From an uncultured Gammaproteobacteria bacterium (GTDB lineage Bacteria > Patescibacteriota > Patescibacteriia > SG8-24 > DYFX01): 64,000 bases of DNA. Position 1 is the first letter of the stretch. The number at the start of each line of letters is the position of its first letter. Of the stretch, positions 53,673-63,233 are shown piece by piece. The DNA lies in contig CAZHHN010000001.1 of NCBI GenBank assembly GCA_964532415.1, positions 11,946 through 75,945 of the forward strand. Reading direction: 5' to 3'. The notes under the pieces are model-generated. The model was not told where the DNA came from and made no database searches. It saw only the letters and a list, made by a program, of their open reading frames with translations. The position numbers and the translations under genes are program-made.

Positions 53673-54074
53673 ATGTCCCTCCTCCCAAAAAATATTTCTC
53701 CTTTCGATGAGGAACGCGGTCTGGCCGATCTCTCGAAAGGCTTCATCCCGGCGGTCGACGTCTACGAGAACGGCAGCGACGTGATCGTGGAGACGCCGCT
53801 CGCGGGCGTCGATCCGAAGGACGTCGAGGTCACGGTCGAGGGCGGCGTGCTGACGGTGCGCGGCAAAACCGAGCACCGCAAGGAAGTCGACGAGAAGGAT
53901 TATCTCTATAAGGAAGTCCGCTACGGTGCCTTCCAGCGTAAGATCGCCCTGCCCGCCCTCGTCGTCGGCGAGAAAGCCCAGGCGACATCGGAACACGGCA
54001 TGCTGCGCATCACGATTCCGAAGGCCGAAGGCGATAAGAAGCAGCCGGTGAAGGTGGAAATCAAGAAGAGATGA
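53673..54074 (+). CDS. Hsp20 / alpha-crystallin family small heat-shock protein
   Basis: PAVDVYENGSDVIVETPLAGVDPKDVEVTVEGGVLTVRGK...LRITIPK is an alpha-crystallin domain. Confidence 0.85.
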   Translation: MSLLPKNISPFDEERGLADLSKGFIPAVDVYENGSDVIVETPLAGVDPKDVEVTVEGGVLTVRGKTEHRKEVDEKDYLYKEVRYGAFQRKIALPALVVGEKAQATSEHGMLRITIPKAEGDKKQPVKVEIKKR

Positions 54075-54136
54075 CGGCCGGGGAGGTCGCCTGCGGCGCC
54101 ACCCGCTGATTCGTGCATCAATTACATCAACTCTCT

Positions 54137-56044
54137 ATGCCAAAAATCCTCGGAATCGACCTCGGAACGACGAACTCGTGCATGGCCGTCATCGAAGGCG
54201 GCCAGCCGAAGGTGCTCGAAAACAAGGAAGGCGCGCGCACCACGCCGTCGATGGTGGCCGTTTCGAAAACCGGCGAGCGTTTGGTCGGCCAGCTCGCCAA
54301 GCGCCAGGCCGTCGTGAACCCGACCAACACGCTCTATTCGATCAAGCGCCTGATCGGTCGCCGCTGGGAAGACGCGGAAGTCCAGCGCGACGCCAAGCTC
54401 TTTCCTTTCAAGATCGTGAAGGCGGGGGAGGGCGCCAAGGTCGCCATGAGCGACAAGGAATATTCGCCGCAGGAAATCTCGGCCATGATCCTGCAGAAGC
54501 TCAAGGCCGACGCGGAAGAAAAACTGGGCGAGAAGATCGAGGAAGCCGTCATCACCGTGCCGGCCTACTTCGACGACGCGCAGAGACAGGCCACCAAGGA
54601 CGCCGGCGAGATTGCCGGCTTGAAAGTGCGCCGCATCATCAACGAGCCGACGGCCGCCGCGCTGGCCTACGGCTTCGACAAGAAGAAAGACGAAAAGATC
54701 GTGGTCTACGACCTGGGCGGCGGCACCTTCGACGTCTCGGTGCTGGAAGTCTCGGCCGACACGGTCGAAGTCAAAGCCACCAACGGAGACACGCACCTGG
54801 GCGGTGACGACTTCGACCAGATCCTGATCAACTGGATCGTCGGCGAGTTCAGGAAGTCCGACGGCATCGATCTCTCGAAAGATCCGCTGGCGCTCCAGCG
54901 CATCAAGGAAGCGGCCGAAAAGGCCAAGATCGAGCTCTCGACCGCGGCCACGACCGAAATTAACCAGCCGTTCATCGCCTCCGATCCGGCCACCGGTCCT
55001 AAACATTTGGTGCTGACGCTCTCGCGCTCCAAGCTCGAAGAGCTGGTCGGTGCGCTGGTCGAGAAAACGCTCGAACCGACCAAGAAGGCGCTCTCCGACG
55101 CCAAGCTGTCTGCTTCCGACATCAACGAAGTCGTCATGGTCGGCGGCATGACGCGCATGCCCCTCGTGCTCCAGACGGTCGAGAAGTTCTTCGGCAAGAA
55201 GCCGAACGTCAGCGTCAATCCGGACGAAGTCGTTGCGATCGGTGCGGCCGTTCAGGGCGGCGTCTTCCAGGGCGACGTCAAGGACGTGCTGCTGCTCGAC
55301 GTCACGCCGCTCTCGCTCGGCCTCGAAACGCTCGGCGGCGTCTCCACCAAGCTGATCGAGCGCAACACCACCATTCCGACCAGCAAAACGCAGGTCTTCT
55401 CGACCGCGGCCGACAACCAGCCCGGCGTTGAAATCCACGTGCTCCAGGGCGAGCGCGAAATGGCTTCCGACAACAAGTCGCTCGGGCGCTTCATGCTCGA
55501 CGGCATTCCGCCGGCGCCGCGCGGAGTTCCCCAGGTCGAAGTCACCTTCGATATCGACGCCAACGGCATCCTGAACGTCAAGGCCAGGGACAAGGCTTCC
55601 GGCAAGGAGCAGAAGATCACCATTACCGCTTCGACCGGCCTCTCGAAGGATGAAGTCGAGCGCATGAAGAAGGACGCCGAGGCGCACGCCGCCGAGGACA
55701 AGGCCAAGCGCGAGGCGATCGATCTCAAGAACAATGCCGAGACGATGATCTACACCACCGAAAAGATGGTGAAGGAGATGGGCGACAAGATGAAGCCGGA
55801 AGACAAAACGACGCTCGAAGAAAAAATCGAAGCGCTCAAGAAGGTCAAGGACTCCGCCGTGCCGGCCGATATCAAGAAAGCCGCCGAGGAACTCACCAAT
55901 CTGGCGCAGCGGATCGGCGGCGAGATGTACAAGGACCAGCCCGCCGGCGGAGAGGCCAAGCCCGACGACAAGTCCGCCGAAGGCGGATCCGCTTCTGGTG
56001 GAAAGGACGGCCCGATCGAGGGGGAAGTGGTCGACAAGAAATAA
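54137..56044 (+). CDS. dnaK: Chaperone DnaK (Hsp70)
   Basis: [36 protein letters not shown] and an EEVD-less C-terminus rich in G/E/K. Confidence 0.95.
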   Translation: MPKILGIDLGTTNSCMAVIEGGQPKVLENKEGARTTPSMVAVSKTGERLVGQLAKRQAVVNPTNTLYSIKRLIGRRWEDAEVQRDAKLFPFKIVKAGEGAKVAMSDKEYSPQEISAMILQKLKADAEEKLGEKIEEAVITVPAYFDDAQRQATKDAGEIAGLKVRRIINEPTAAALAYGFDKKKDEKIVVYDLGGGTFDVSVLEVSADTVEVKATNGDTHLGGDDFDQILINWIVGEFRKSDGIDLSKDPLALQRIKEAAEKAKIELSTAATTEINQPFIASDPATGPKHLVLTLSRSKLEELVGALVEKTLEPTKKALSDAKLSASDINEVVMVGGMTRMPLVLQTVEKFFGKKPNVSVNPDEVVAIGAAVQGGVFQGDVKDVLLLDVTPLSLGLETLGGVSTKLIERNTTIPTSKTQVFSTAADNQPGVEIHVLQGEREMASDNKSLGRFMLDGIPPAPRGVPQVEVTFDIDANGILNVKARDKASGKEQKITITASTGLSKDEVERMKKDAEAHAAEDKAKREAIDLKNNAETMIYTTEKMVKEMGDKMKPEDKTTLEEKIEALKKVKDSAVPADIKKAAEELTNLAQRIGGEMYKDQPAGGEAKPDDKSAEGGSASGGKDGPIEGEVVDKK

Positions 56045-56051
56045 AAAAGAG

Positions 56052-56735
56052 TCAGTTACCCGACTCCTCGGAAGATGGCGCGGTCGGGACGCACGAGACG
56101 CAACGGCCCTTCTCGGCGGCGCAGAAGTGACACCAGATCATGTTCGCTCCGGCGGTCCAATGTCCGCAGTCGCGTGCTTTCGAAAGTACGGGCGTGTGGC
56201 GGGGCGGCGGACGGCAGTCCCTGCATCGAATACCGGCGACGCCACTGTGGCGATGCAACCCGAAAATGGCTCGTAATCGCTCGCGTTTCGGGATGCGGTG
56301 ATCCAACTCAGAAGCTGACATGGCCAGGACGATCTGTGCGTGGTCTCCCATGAGCGGCGCATGCGCCGTCAAAAGCGCGTGCGCGTCAACGTAACCGTAG
56401 ATCTTAAACAGGATCGTGAACAGGTCGATATCGGCCTCAACGACTTCGGCGGCGGCTTTCGCGATTTCCCGCTCCGCTTCCGAGATCGTCGGCTTGGTGC
56501 AGTGTTGGCAGAGCCGATCCTTGTAGGCGCAACGCTCGCAGAGGCGAATACGCAGGTCCGATGGCAGCGCCTGCCCTTCGCACCACCGCCCTGGGCACGG
56601 ACGACGCTGGGCGAGCCGTCGTTCGCGCGCGTCACGTCGATGAGGATCGCATGAGCCGGTCCAAGGCATCGGCTGGACCGGCGGTACCGGGGGCGGATTT
56701 TCAAACTCGGGCAAGCAAGGCTGGCAGAGATGCAT
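56052..56735 (-). CDS. Cys-rich hypothetical protein encoded antisense between dnaK and dnaJ
   Basis: 227-aa ORF with several CxxC-like pairs (CQPC, CERC...CQHC, CRDC, CVSC). The plus-strand alternatives here are short. Confidence 0.35.
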   Translation of the reverse strand: MHLCQPCLPEFENPPPVPPVQPMPWTGSCDPHRRDARERRLAQRRPCPGRWCEGQALPSDLRIRLCERCAYKDRLCQHCTKPTISEAEREIAKAAAEVVEADIDLFTILFKIYGYVDAHALLTAHAPLMGDHAQIVLAMSASELDHRIPKRERLRAIFGLHRHSGVAGIRCRDCRPPPRHTPVLSKARDCGHWTAGANMIWCHFCAAEKGRCVSCVPTAPSSEESGN

Positions 56736-56811
56736 GGCGGTCTCCTGGCATGAGGTCTCCCCCTACCGCTGCTCTCACCTAAACGTATTTGCCGCCTCCT
56801 GTCAAACACTT

Positions 56812-57876
56812 ATGGCCAAAGACTACTACAAGATCCTGGGTATCGAACGGAACGCTTCCGACGAGGAAATCAAGAAAGCCTTCCGGTCTTTGGCGCACAA
56901 ATACCATCCCGACAAGGAAGGCGGCAACGAGGCCAAGTTCAAGGAGATCAACGAGGCCTATCAGGTGCTGGGCGACCCCAAGAAAAAATCGCAGTACGAC
57001 CAGTTCGGCCAGACCTTCGACCAAGGCGGGGGCGGATTCGGCGGGCAGGGATTCGGCGGCTTCCAGGGCGCCAACTTCGACATGGGCGATCTTTCCGAGA
57101 TGTTCGGCGACATGTTCGGGATGGGCGGCGGCCGCGCGCGGCGCAGGGCGCAGGGCGGCGATATCGAAGTCAACGCAACGATCGGCTTCGCCGAAGCGGC
57201 CTTCGGCGTTGAGAAGACGATCGAACTTTACAAGCCCGTCCGGTGCGCGGCCTGTTCCGGCACCGGCATCCCGTCCGGCGCCAAAATGCACACGTGCAAA
57301 ACCTGCGGGGGTCAGGGGCGCGTGCGCCAGATGCAGCGGTCGATCCTCGGCAGCTTCGAGGCGGTTGTGGCCTGCGGCGCGTGCCACGGCACCGGCAACG
57401 TGCCGGAAAAGGAATGCAAAGAATGCGGCGGCGCCGGCGTCAGGCGCGAGAAGGTTTCGCTGCAGGTCAGGATCCCGGCCGGCATCGATCACGGCGAAAC
57501 GATCCGCATCCCGGGCCAGGGCGAAGCTGCCGGACACGGGGGAGCGCCCGGCGATCTGTACCTGCACGTCCGCGTCCAGTCCGATCCGCGTTTCGAGCGC
57601 GACGGGTCCGACGTCTACTCGAATCTGCGTATTCGATTCTCCGAGGCGGCACTGGGCGCGGAGCGGGAAATCGAAACGCTCGATGGGCCGGTCACGCTCA
57701 GGGTTCCGGCCGGCACGCAGTCCGGCGCGGAGATTCGCCTCAAAGGCCGTGGCGTCGTCAAACTGCGCGCGAGCGGCCGTGGCGACCATTTCGTGCGGGT
57801 GACGGTCGAAACGCCCTCCCATCTTTCACGGAAAACCCGACAGTTGATGGAGGAGCTGGGAAAAGAAGGTCTTTGA
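56812..57876 (+). CDS. dnaJ: Chaperone DnaJ
   Basis: J domain with HPD (KYHPDKEGG), a G/F-rich linker, four CxxCxGxG zinc-finger repeats and C-terminal CTD I/II. Confidence 0.9.
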   Translation: MAKDYYKILGIERNASDEEIKKAFRSLAHKYHPDKEGGNEAKFKEINEAYQVLGDPKKKSQYDQFGQTFDQGGGGFGGQGFGGFQGANFDMGDLSEMFGDMFGMGGGRARRRAQGGDIEVNATIGFAEAAFGVEKTIELYKPVRCAACSGTGIPSGAKMHTCKTCGGQGRVRQMQRSILGSFEAVVACGACHGTGNVPEKECKECGGAGVRREKVSLQVRIPAGIDHGETIRIPGQGEAAGHGGAPGDLYLHVRVQSDPRFERDGSDVYSNLRIRFSEAALGAEREIETLDGPVTLRVPAGTQSGAEIRLKGRGVVKLRASGRGDHFVRVTVETPSHLSRKTRQLMEELGKEGL

Positions 57877-57961
57877 ATCGAGCCAAAAAGGATCAGTTAT
57901 CCCCACGGCCAAAAATACGCAAAAAAGGTATACTGCAGACACTTTCACTTTGCCTCAACCT

Positions 57962-60502
57962 ATGCAGATCGACCCTGCCGTTCGGAAGTTGGCCGCCGCC
58001 CTGAGCGCCGCGGCGCTCTTCTCGTTCGCCTATGCCGCGCAGGCCCAGTTCACGGCGCCGACCTGCACGCCGCCGAACTGCAGCCCGGCCGTCATTCAGA
58101 ACATTCCGCTGACCGGATCGACCCAGAACGCCGGGATCAACATCAGCGGCGACATCAAGGCGGGCGCCACCTTCCAAGCCGCTCAGACGCTGCTTCCACT
58201 CGGTACGGTCGCCGCGCCAACCTATACGTTCGTCGGCGACACCAACACCGGTTTCTATTCGCCGGCCGTCGATCAAATCGGCATCACGACCGGCGGCGCC
58301 CAGCGCTTCCTCGTGAACGGCAGCGGCGCGACGGTCGCGACCGGCCAGCTGACCCTGCCGGTCGGCAGTGCGGCCGTTCCTGCCATGACTTTCGCCGGCG
58401 ATACCAACACCGGCATCTTCCATAACGCGGCCGATACCCTCAACCTCGCCACTAACGGTGTTTCGCGCCTCGCCGTCGATTCTGCCGGCGCCGTGACGGT
58501 CCCTGGCAACCTGACGGTCAGCGGTTCGCTGACGGCCACGTTCGCGGGCGACGGCAGCCTGCTCACCAACCTGAACGCCGGCAATATCGCAACCGGCACG
58601 CTGAACGACGCACGCCTGTCGTCCAACATCCCCAGGCTGAACGCCGCCAACGCCTTTACCGGCAACAATACCCTGAGCGGCATGTCTTCTTTTGGAAGTT
58701 CCGCGCTGGTTCTTGCCGCCGGCCAGAATCTGGTCTACGGCAATATCGCGACCGGCTCGACGGGCAACCTCCTGCTGCTGCAGAAAAACAGCGCCGATCA
58801 ATTCCGCGTCGATCCGTCCGGTAACATTGTTGCGGCCGGCGGCCTGACGGCCACCACCGGCACCTTCAGCGGTAACGTCAGCGTGGCCGGACAGAGCGTC
58901 TGCCGGGCCGACGGCACCAACTGCCCACCAACGATCAACGGAAGCGGTACCACCAATTTCGTCCTGAAATTCACTCCTTCCGGTAATGTCGTCGGCAACT
59001 CCCAGCTTCAGGATGACGGGACGGGCGTCGGCGTCGGCGGCGTTCCGGTCGCCGGCATCAAGCTTTCGGTCGCCGGCAATATCGGGATGTCGTCCGGTTC
59101 ATACCTATCCGCCATCAATAACGGAACCGGCGCGGTATTAAGGACGAGCCGGTCCGACAACACCCAGGTTGGCCAGATCAAGACCAACGGCTGGGGCAAC
59201 TTTTCGACCAGCAGCGGCCTGGCCGTCGGCTATGATTGGCCGAACAGCCCGCAATCCGGCCTGATCGTCAACGGTAACCTCGGCATCGGTATAGCTGCGC
59301 CGCTCGGAAAAGTACAGATCGCGACGAATGACGACACGAATCCCACCAGTGTGAGCGCCTGGGATGCGCGGCATTTCGTGGTCGGCCAGCCTGCCAACGC
59401 GGGCGCCGTCGGCATTTCATACAACAATACGGGAGGATACGGCATCATCGATGCGCTCTCTCCCGGCGTGGCCTGGAAGAATCTCATCCTTCAGAGCGGC
59501 GGCGGCAACGTCGGCATCGGCACGCTGGCCCCTTCCCAACGGCTGGAAGTGAACGGAACGGCCGCCGCTTCGAAAATCATCGCCGGCGGCGGAGCGTCAA
59601 GCAATTGGGCCGACGTCAACGCTCCGGTATTGATGGCCGGTTCGGTAATCTACTCCTACGGATCGATCTGCGCCGGTGAAAGCAACGGCAACTGCACCGG
59701 CAACGGCGGCGTGGTTATCGGCGGCAGCGACCCCAATGCCTGGACCAATCTTACGAGTAGCGGTAATTCGTTCTTCACCGGCAGGCTCGGCATCGGGACG
59801 AAGACGCCGACGGCGCCATTGGCGGTTGAGACTTGGGGAGACGACTACGCCGGCACCTTCTTCAACGGCAGTGCGGGATTTGGCGGTGCTTCCCGTGCCA
59901 TTTTTGCACAGGCGGGGAACTTTGCGGTCGGTGCTGGCACGGAGTATGCCATCCAAGCGGATGCTTATAGTAACGGTGCATCGGCCTATGCCCTTTATGC
60001 CACGGCAAGCTGCTTGAGCTGCGGAGGGGCCGCTTGGGGTGTGTATATCGGATCCGGCGGAGCGGCTAAACCGGGTGGAGGTCCGTGGAGCGCGACGTCC
60101 GATCGGCGCGTGAAAAAGGACATCACTCCGTTTAAGGAGGGTTTGAATGTTCTGCGCCAAATCAACCCGATCAACTACACCTATAACGGTCTTGGCGAAA
60201 TGCCGGAAGGTTTTAAGGCGGTCGGCGTGATCGCTCAGGATGTCAAGAAGATCGCGCCTTACATGGTCACGACTGATTATCGCAAGCTACGCCCGACCGA
60301 TACCGAAAAAACGCCGATCTATATGGTGGATCCGAATGACTTCACGTACATGACCATCAACGCCATCAAGGAACTCGATCTGCGGATCGACGGGCTCGAA
60401 GCCAGGGTCGCCGGGCGGCAGGACGACCAGGACCGGCGTATCCAAGCGCTGGAAGCCGAAGTCTCCGCGCTCCAGGCCGAAGTGAAGGCGTTAAAACCTT
60501 AG
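57962..60502 (+). CDS. Secreted tail-fibre-like protein with C-terminal intramolecular-chaperone (peptidase S74-like) domain and coiled-coil tail
   Basis: Signal peptide (AALSAAALFSFAYAAQAQ). Long G/T/N/A-rich beta-repeat region. C-terminal SDRRVKKDITPF...LRQINPINYTYNG...GVIAQDVKKIAPYMV...TINAIKELDLRI matches the S74 chaperone-of-endosialidase pattern. The final ~40 aa form heptad-like repeats. Confidence 0.65.
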   Translation: MQIDPAVRKLAAALSAAALFSFAYAAQAQFTAPTCTPPNCSPAVIQNIPLTGSTQNAGINISGDIKAGATFQAAQTLLPLGTVAAPTYTFVGDTNTGFYSPAVDQIGITTGGAQRFLVNGSGATVATGQLTLPVGSAAVPAMTFAGDTNTGIFHNAADTLNLATNGVSRLAVDSAGAVTVPGNLTVSGSLTATFAGDGSLLTNLNAGNIATGTLNDARLSSNIPRLNAANAFTGNNTLSGMSSFGSSALVLAAGQNLVYGNIATGSTGNLLLLQKNSADQFRVDPSGNIVAAGGLTATTGTFSGNVSVAGQSVCRADGTNCPPTINGSGTTNFVLKFTPSGNVVGNSQLQDDGTGVGVGGVPVAGIKLSVAGNIGMSSGSYLSAINNGTGAVLRTSRSDNTQVGQIKTNGWGNFSTSSGLAVGYDWPNSPQSGLIVNGNLGIGIAAPLGKVQIATNDDTNPTSVSAWDARHFVVGQPANAGAVGISYNNTGGYGIIDALSPGVAWKNLILQSGGGNVGIGTLAPSQRLEVNGTAAASKIIAGGGASSNWADVNAPVLMAGSVIYSYGSICAGESNGNCTGNGGVVIGGSDPNAWTNLTSSGNSFFTGRLGIGTKTPTAPLAVETWGDDYAGTFFNGSAGFGGASRAIFAQAGNFAVGAGTEYAIQADAYSNGASAYALYATASCLSCGGAAWGVYIGSGGAAKPGGGPWSATSDRRVKKDITPFKEGLNVLRQINPINYTYNGLGEMPEGFKAVGVIAQDVKKIAPYMVTTDYRKLRPTDTEKTPIYMVDPNDFTYMTINAIKELDLRIDGLEARVAGRQDDQDRRIQALEAEVSALQAEVKALKP

Positions 60503-60506
60503 CCTG

Positions 60507-60540
60507 AAAAAAGACCGCCGGGCGAGGCGGTCTTTCGTTT
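60507..60540. terminator. Bidirectional rho-independent terminator between convergent genes
   Basis: AAAAAAGACCGCC-GGGCGA-GGCGGTCTTTCGTTT. Confidence 0.7.
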
Positions 60541-61142
60541 CAGCGGATTCGCACTTCCGTGGCGTCGAAAACGGATTCTTTCAGGATGTTATGATCGGCG
60601 CTGATCTGGGCGAAACTCCCGGCAGTCACTTCCGAAAGCGGAATGGGGATTTCTTTGGAAGGATTAACGGGATGGTATTTGGTGAGATCGCCGCCGGCCG
60701 CCGTCAGGGCATCTTGCTGCTCTTTCTGCAGCTCTTCTCCCGATTTCTGCGCGATCCGATAGAACTTGGTGGTTGGGGTGATCCGTACGGTCCTTTTGGC
60801 GGGTCCGGGCAGCTGCTCAAGCGGATTCGCCACCGTCAGATCGACTTCAAACTCGAGCGAATCCCTGCCGACGGAAACGATCCTGCCCATCAGGATCGAA
60901 GTTTCATTCGGCACCGACGGGAAGAAATGCAGCTTCTCCAATTTTTCCCGCGCGGCGTCGTATCCTTCCTGATACGTCGGGGCGAGCGGAATCGAGAAGC
61001 GCCCGATGCCGTAGCCGGTCAGGAGTCCGGCCGTGAGTCCGATCAGGGCGCTGGTCGGGATCTTCCGGCCGACGCGGGTCGGCCGGGGCCGGGTTGCCGG
61101 CGCGGGCGTCGGCGGCTTGGGAAGCGGCGTGCTGATTGGCAT
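60540..61142 (-). CDS. Membrane-anchored hypothetical protein (Pro-rich N-terminus, single TM)
   Basis: ATG at 61142 (the TTG at 61163 is an alternative). TM helix ALIGLTAGLLTGYGIG. Confidence 0.45.
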   Translation of the reverse strand: MPISTPLPKPPTPAPATRPRPTRVGRKIPTSALIGLTAGLLTGYGIGRFSIPLAPTYQEGYDAAREKLEKLHFFPSVPNETSILMGRIVSVGRDSLEFEVDLTVANPLEQLPGPAKRTVRITPTTKFYRIAQKSGEELQKEQQDALTAAGGDLTKYHPVNPSKEIPIPLSEVTAGSFAQISADHNILKESVFDATEVRIR

Positions 61143-61183
61143 ATTGAAAAGTTTATGGAACAATGCTTCCGCAAGTATAGCAT

Positions 61184-62692
61184 ATGCCGATGCGCCTCCA
61201 CGACACGCTCAGCCGGGACTTGAAGGATTTTCCGTCCGACCACGACGGTCCGGTCACGATCTACGCCTGCGGGCCGACGGTGTATCACTACGCCCATATC
61301 GGCAATTTGAGGACGTTTTTGACCGTCGATCTGCTGCGGCGCTATTTGGAATACAGGGGGAAAAAGGTGAAGCTGGTCATGAACATCACCGACGTCGGGC
61401 ACATGCTGAACGACGCCGAGAAGGGCGAGGACAAAATCGAAGCGGCGGCCAAAAAGGAAGGCAAAACCCAGGAAGAGATCGCCGCATTCTACACGAAGGC
61501 GTTTTTCTCCGATCTGAAAGCGCTCAACTTCAAGATAGAGCCCGGCGTTATGCAGGCGGCTTTGGAAGGCAAGCCGTATCTCGACGGCTTTCCGCGCGCC
61601 ACTGAAAATGTCGAAGGGGAGAGCGGCATGATCGAACTGGTCAAGAGGCTGCTCGACAAGGGTCTGGCCTATCCGACCGAACAAGGCGACGTCTATTACG
61701 ACGTGGCGAAGTTTGGGAACTATGGCCAGCTTTCCGGCAACGCTGTCGAGGCGCTCAGGGCCGGTGCGCGCGTTGAAGTGCAGGACGACAAGCGTCATCC
61801 GGCCGATTTCGCGCTTTGGATCCATAACGAGGCTCATCAGATGCAGTGGGCATTCGATTGGAAAAATCCGGCAACCGGTGAAATCTTGGGTTTCAAGGGC
61901 TATCCCGGCTGGCATCTGGAATGTTCGGCCATGGCCCAGAAGTATCTTGGCAAGACCATCGACCTGCATTGCGGCGGCGAAGATCTGAAGTTCCCGCATC
62001 ACGAATGCGAAATCGCCCAGTCCGAAGGCGCGACCGGAGAAACGTTCGCCAGGCACTGGCTGCACGTGACCTATCTCCTGGTCGACGGCGAGAAGATGTC
62101 GAAGTCGAAAGGGAATTTCTATACGCTGCAGGATTTGCTGGACAAGGGCTATTCGGCGGAGGCGATCCGTATGTTACTGCTCTCCACACACTACCGTTCG
62201 CAGCTCAATTTCACCTTGGCTGGGCTCGACGCGACCAAGAAAGCAATCCGACGTTTTCAGGCAACGACAGTTGCCTTCAAAAAAGTGCCGGCCGATGTGA
62301 AGAATACCGGCCGAGTCCACGAACATATCGATAGGGCACGCGACAGCATTGCAAAAGCTTTGGACGAGGATTTGAATGTCTCGCATGCCATCGCCGAAAT
62401 GTATGCCTTCCAAGGCGGGGTCAACAAATTGAGAGATTTCGGGAACGTCGGTCCCAAAGACGCGGCAGCAGTGCTCGATTTCATGCAGAGTCTCGACAAT
62501 ATTTTTGGCTTTGGATTCACCAAAGAACTCATCGAAGAGGCTCATGAGGAAGTAAGTCGCTTGCTTGAGGAACGTGGGACTGCCCGCGCCGAAAAGCGCT
62601 GGACCGACTCCGACCGCCTGCGCGACGAGATCGCCGCCAAAGGCTGGATCGTGGAGGACACGCCGCAGGGGCAGAAGCTCCGGAAAGCCTGA
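61184..62692 (+). CDS. cysS: Cysteinyl-tRNA synthetase
   Basis: HIGH-class motif YHYAHIGNLR, Zn-binding Cys residues, KMSKS and the DALR-like C-terminal domain. Confidence 0.9.
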   Translation: MPMRLHDTLSRDLKDFPSDHDGPVTIYACGPTVYHYAHIGNLRTFLTVDLLRRYLEYRGKKVKLVMNITDVGHMLNDAEKGEDKIEAAAKKEGKTQEEIAAFYTKAFFSDLKALNFKIEPGVMQAALEGKPYLDGFPRATENVEGESGMIELVKRLLDKGLAYPTEQGDVYYDVAKFGNYGQLSGNAVEALRAGARVEVQDDKRHPADFALWIHNEAHQMQWAFDWKNPATGEILGFKGYPGWHLECSAMAQKYLGKTIDLHCGGEDLKFPHHECEIAQSEGATGETFARHWLHVTYLLVDGEKMSKSKGNFYTLQDLLDKGYSAEAIRMLLLSTHYRSQLNFTLAGLDATKKAIRRFQATTVAFKKVPADVKNTGRVHEHIDRARDSIAKALDEDLNVSHAIAEMYAFQGGVNKLRDFGNVGPKDAAAVLDFMQSLDNIFGFGFTKELIEEAHEEVSRLLEERGTARAEKRWTDSDRLRDEIAAKGWIVEDTPQGQKLRKA

Positions 62693-62753
62693 ATCATCGA
62701 CAAAAAGGCGCATCCGAAAGGGCTTCGTGCTATACTGAAACCGATACGCGCCT

Positions 62754-63233
62754 ATGCCACAGGAAGGGGAAACGCCCGCATTCGAACAATCCCCGCGGCT
62801 GCCGGAAGGCTCTGCCGAAACTCCCGAACGCGGAGCTTCTTTCGAAACGCCCGCTCCCGGCACCGAGCAGCCTTCCGCTCCCGTTCCTTCGCCGGCGACA
62901 ACCTCTGCGGCGCCTGCACCCGCACAACCGGCCAAAGACCCGACCCTGCGGCAGGTGGAAGATGTCCTTGAAGAGGGCTTGGCCGAGGTCTATAAAAAAA
63001 TGGATCCGGCCCATCAGGCCAGGTTCAGCAAGGAAGGGGACCGGGTGGCCGGCCGGGTGACCGAGATGATCCGCCAGGCCCGGGTGCGCGCCCGCGAAGT
63101 GCTCTCGCTCATCTCCAACTGGCTGAAGATCATTCCCGGCGTGAACCGCTTTTTCCTCGACCAGGAAGCCAAGATCAAGACCGACCGCATCATCGCGCTG
63201 GCCGGGGAAGAAAAAAAGCGACGTGGCGTATGA
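62754..63233 (+). CDS. Hypothetical protein with Pro/Ala-rich N-terminus
   Basis: 159-aa ORF. The conserved-looking C-terminal half has no recognisable motifs. Confidence 0.4.
   Translation: MPQEGETPAFEQSPRLPEGSAETPERGASFETPAPGTEQPSAPVPSPATTSAAPAPAQPAKDPTLRQVEDVLEEGLAEVYKKMDPAHQARFSKEGDRVAGRVTEMIRQARVRAREVLSLISNWLKIIPGVNRFFLDQEAKIKTDRIIALAGEEKKRRGV

Noticed and set aside
51407-55687. Minus-strand ORFs of 535 aa (opposite hrcA/grpE) and 521 aa (opposite dnaK)
   Set aside because: Antisense to highly conserved chaperone genes.
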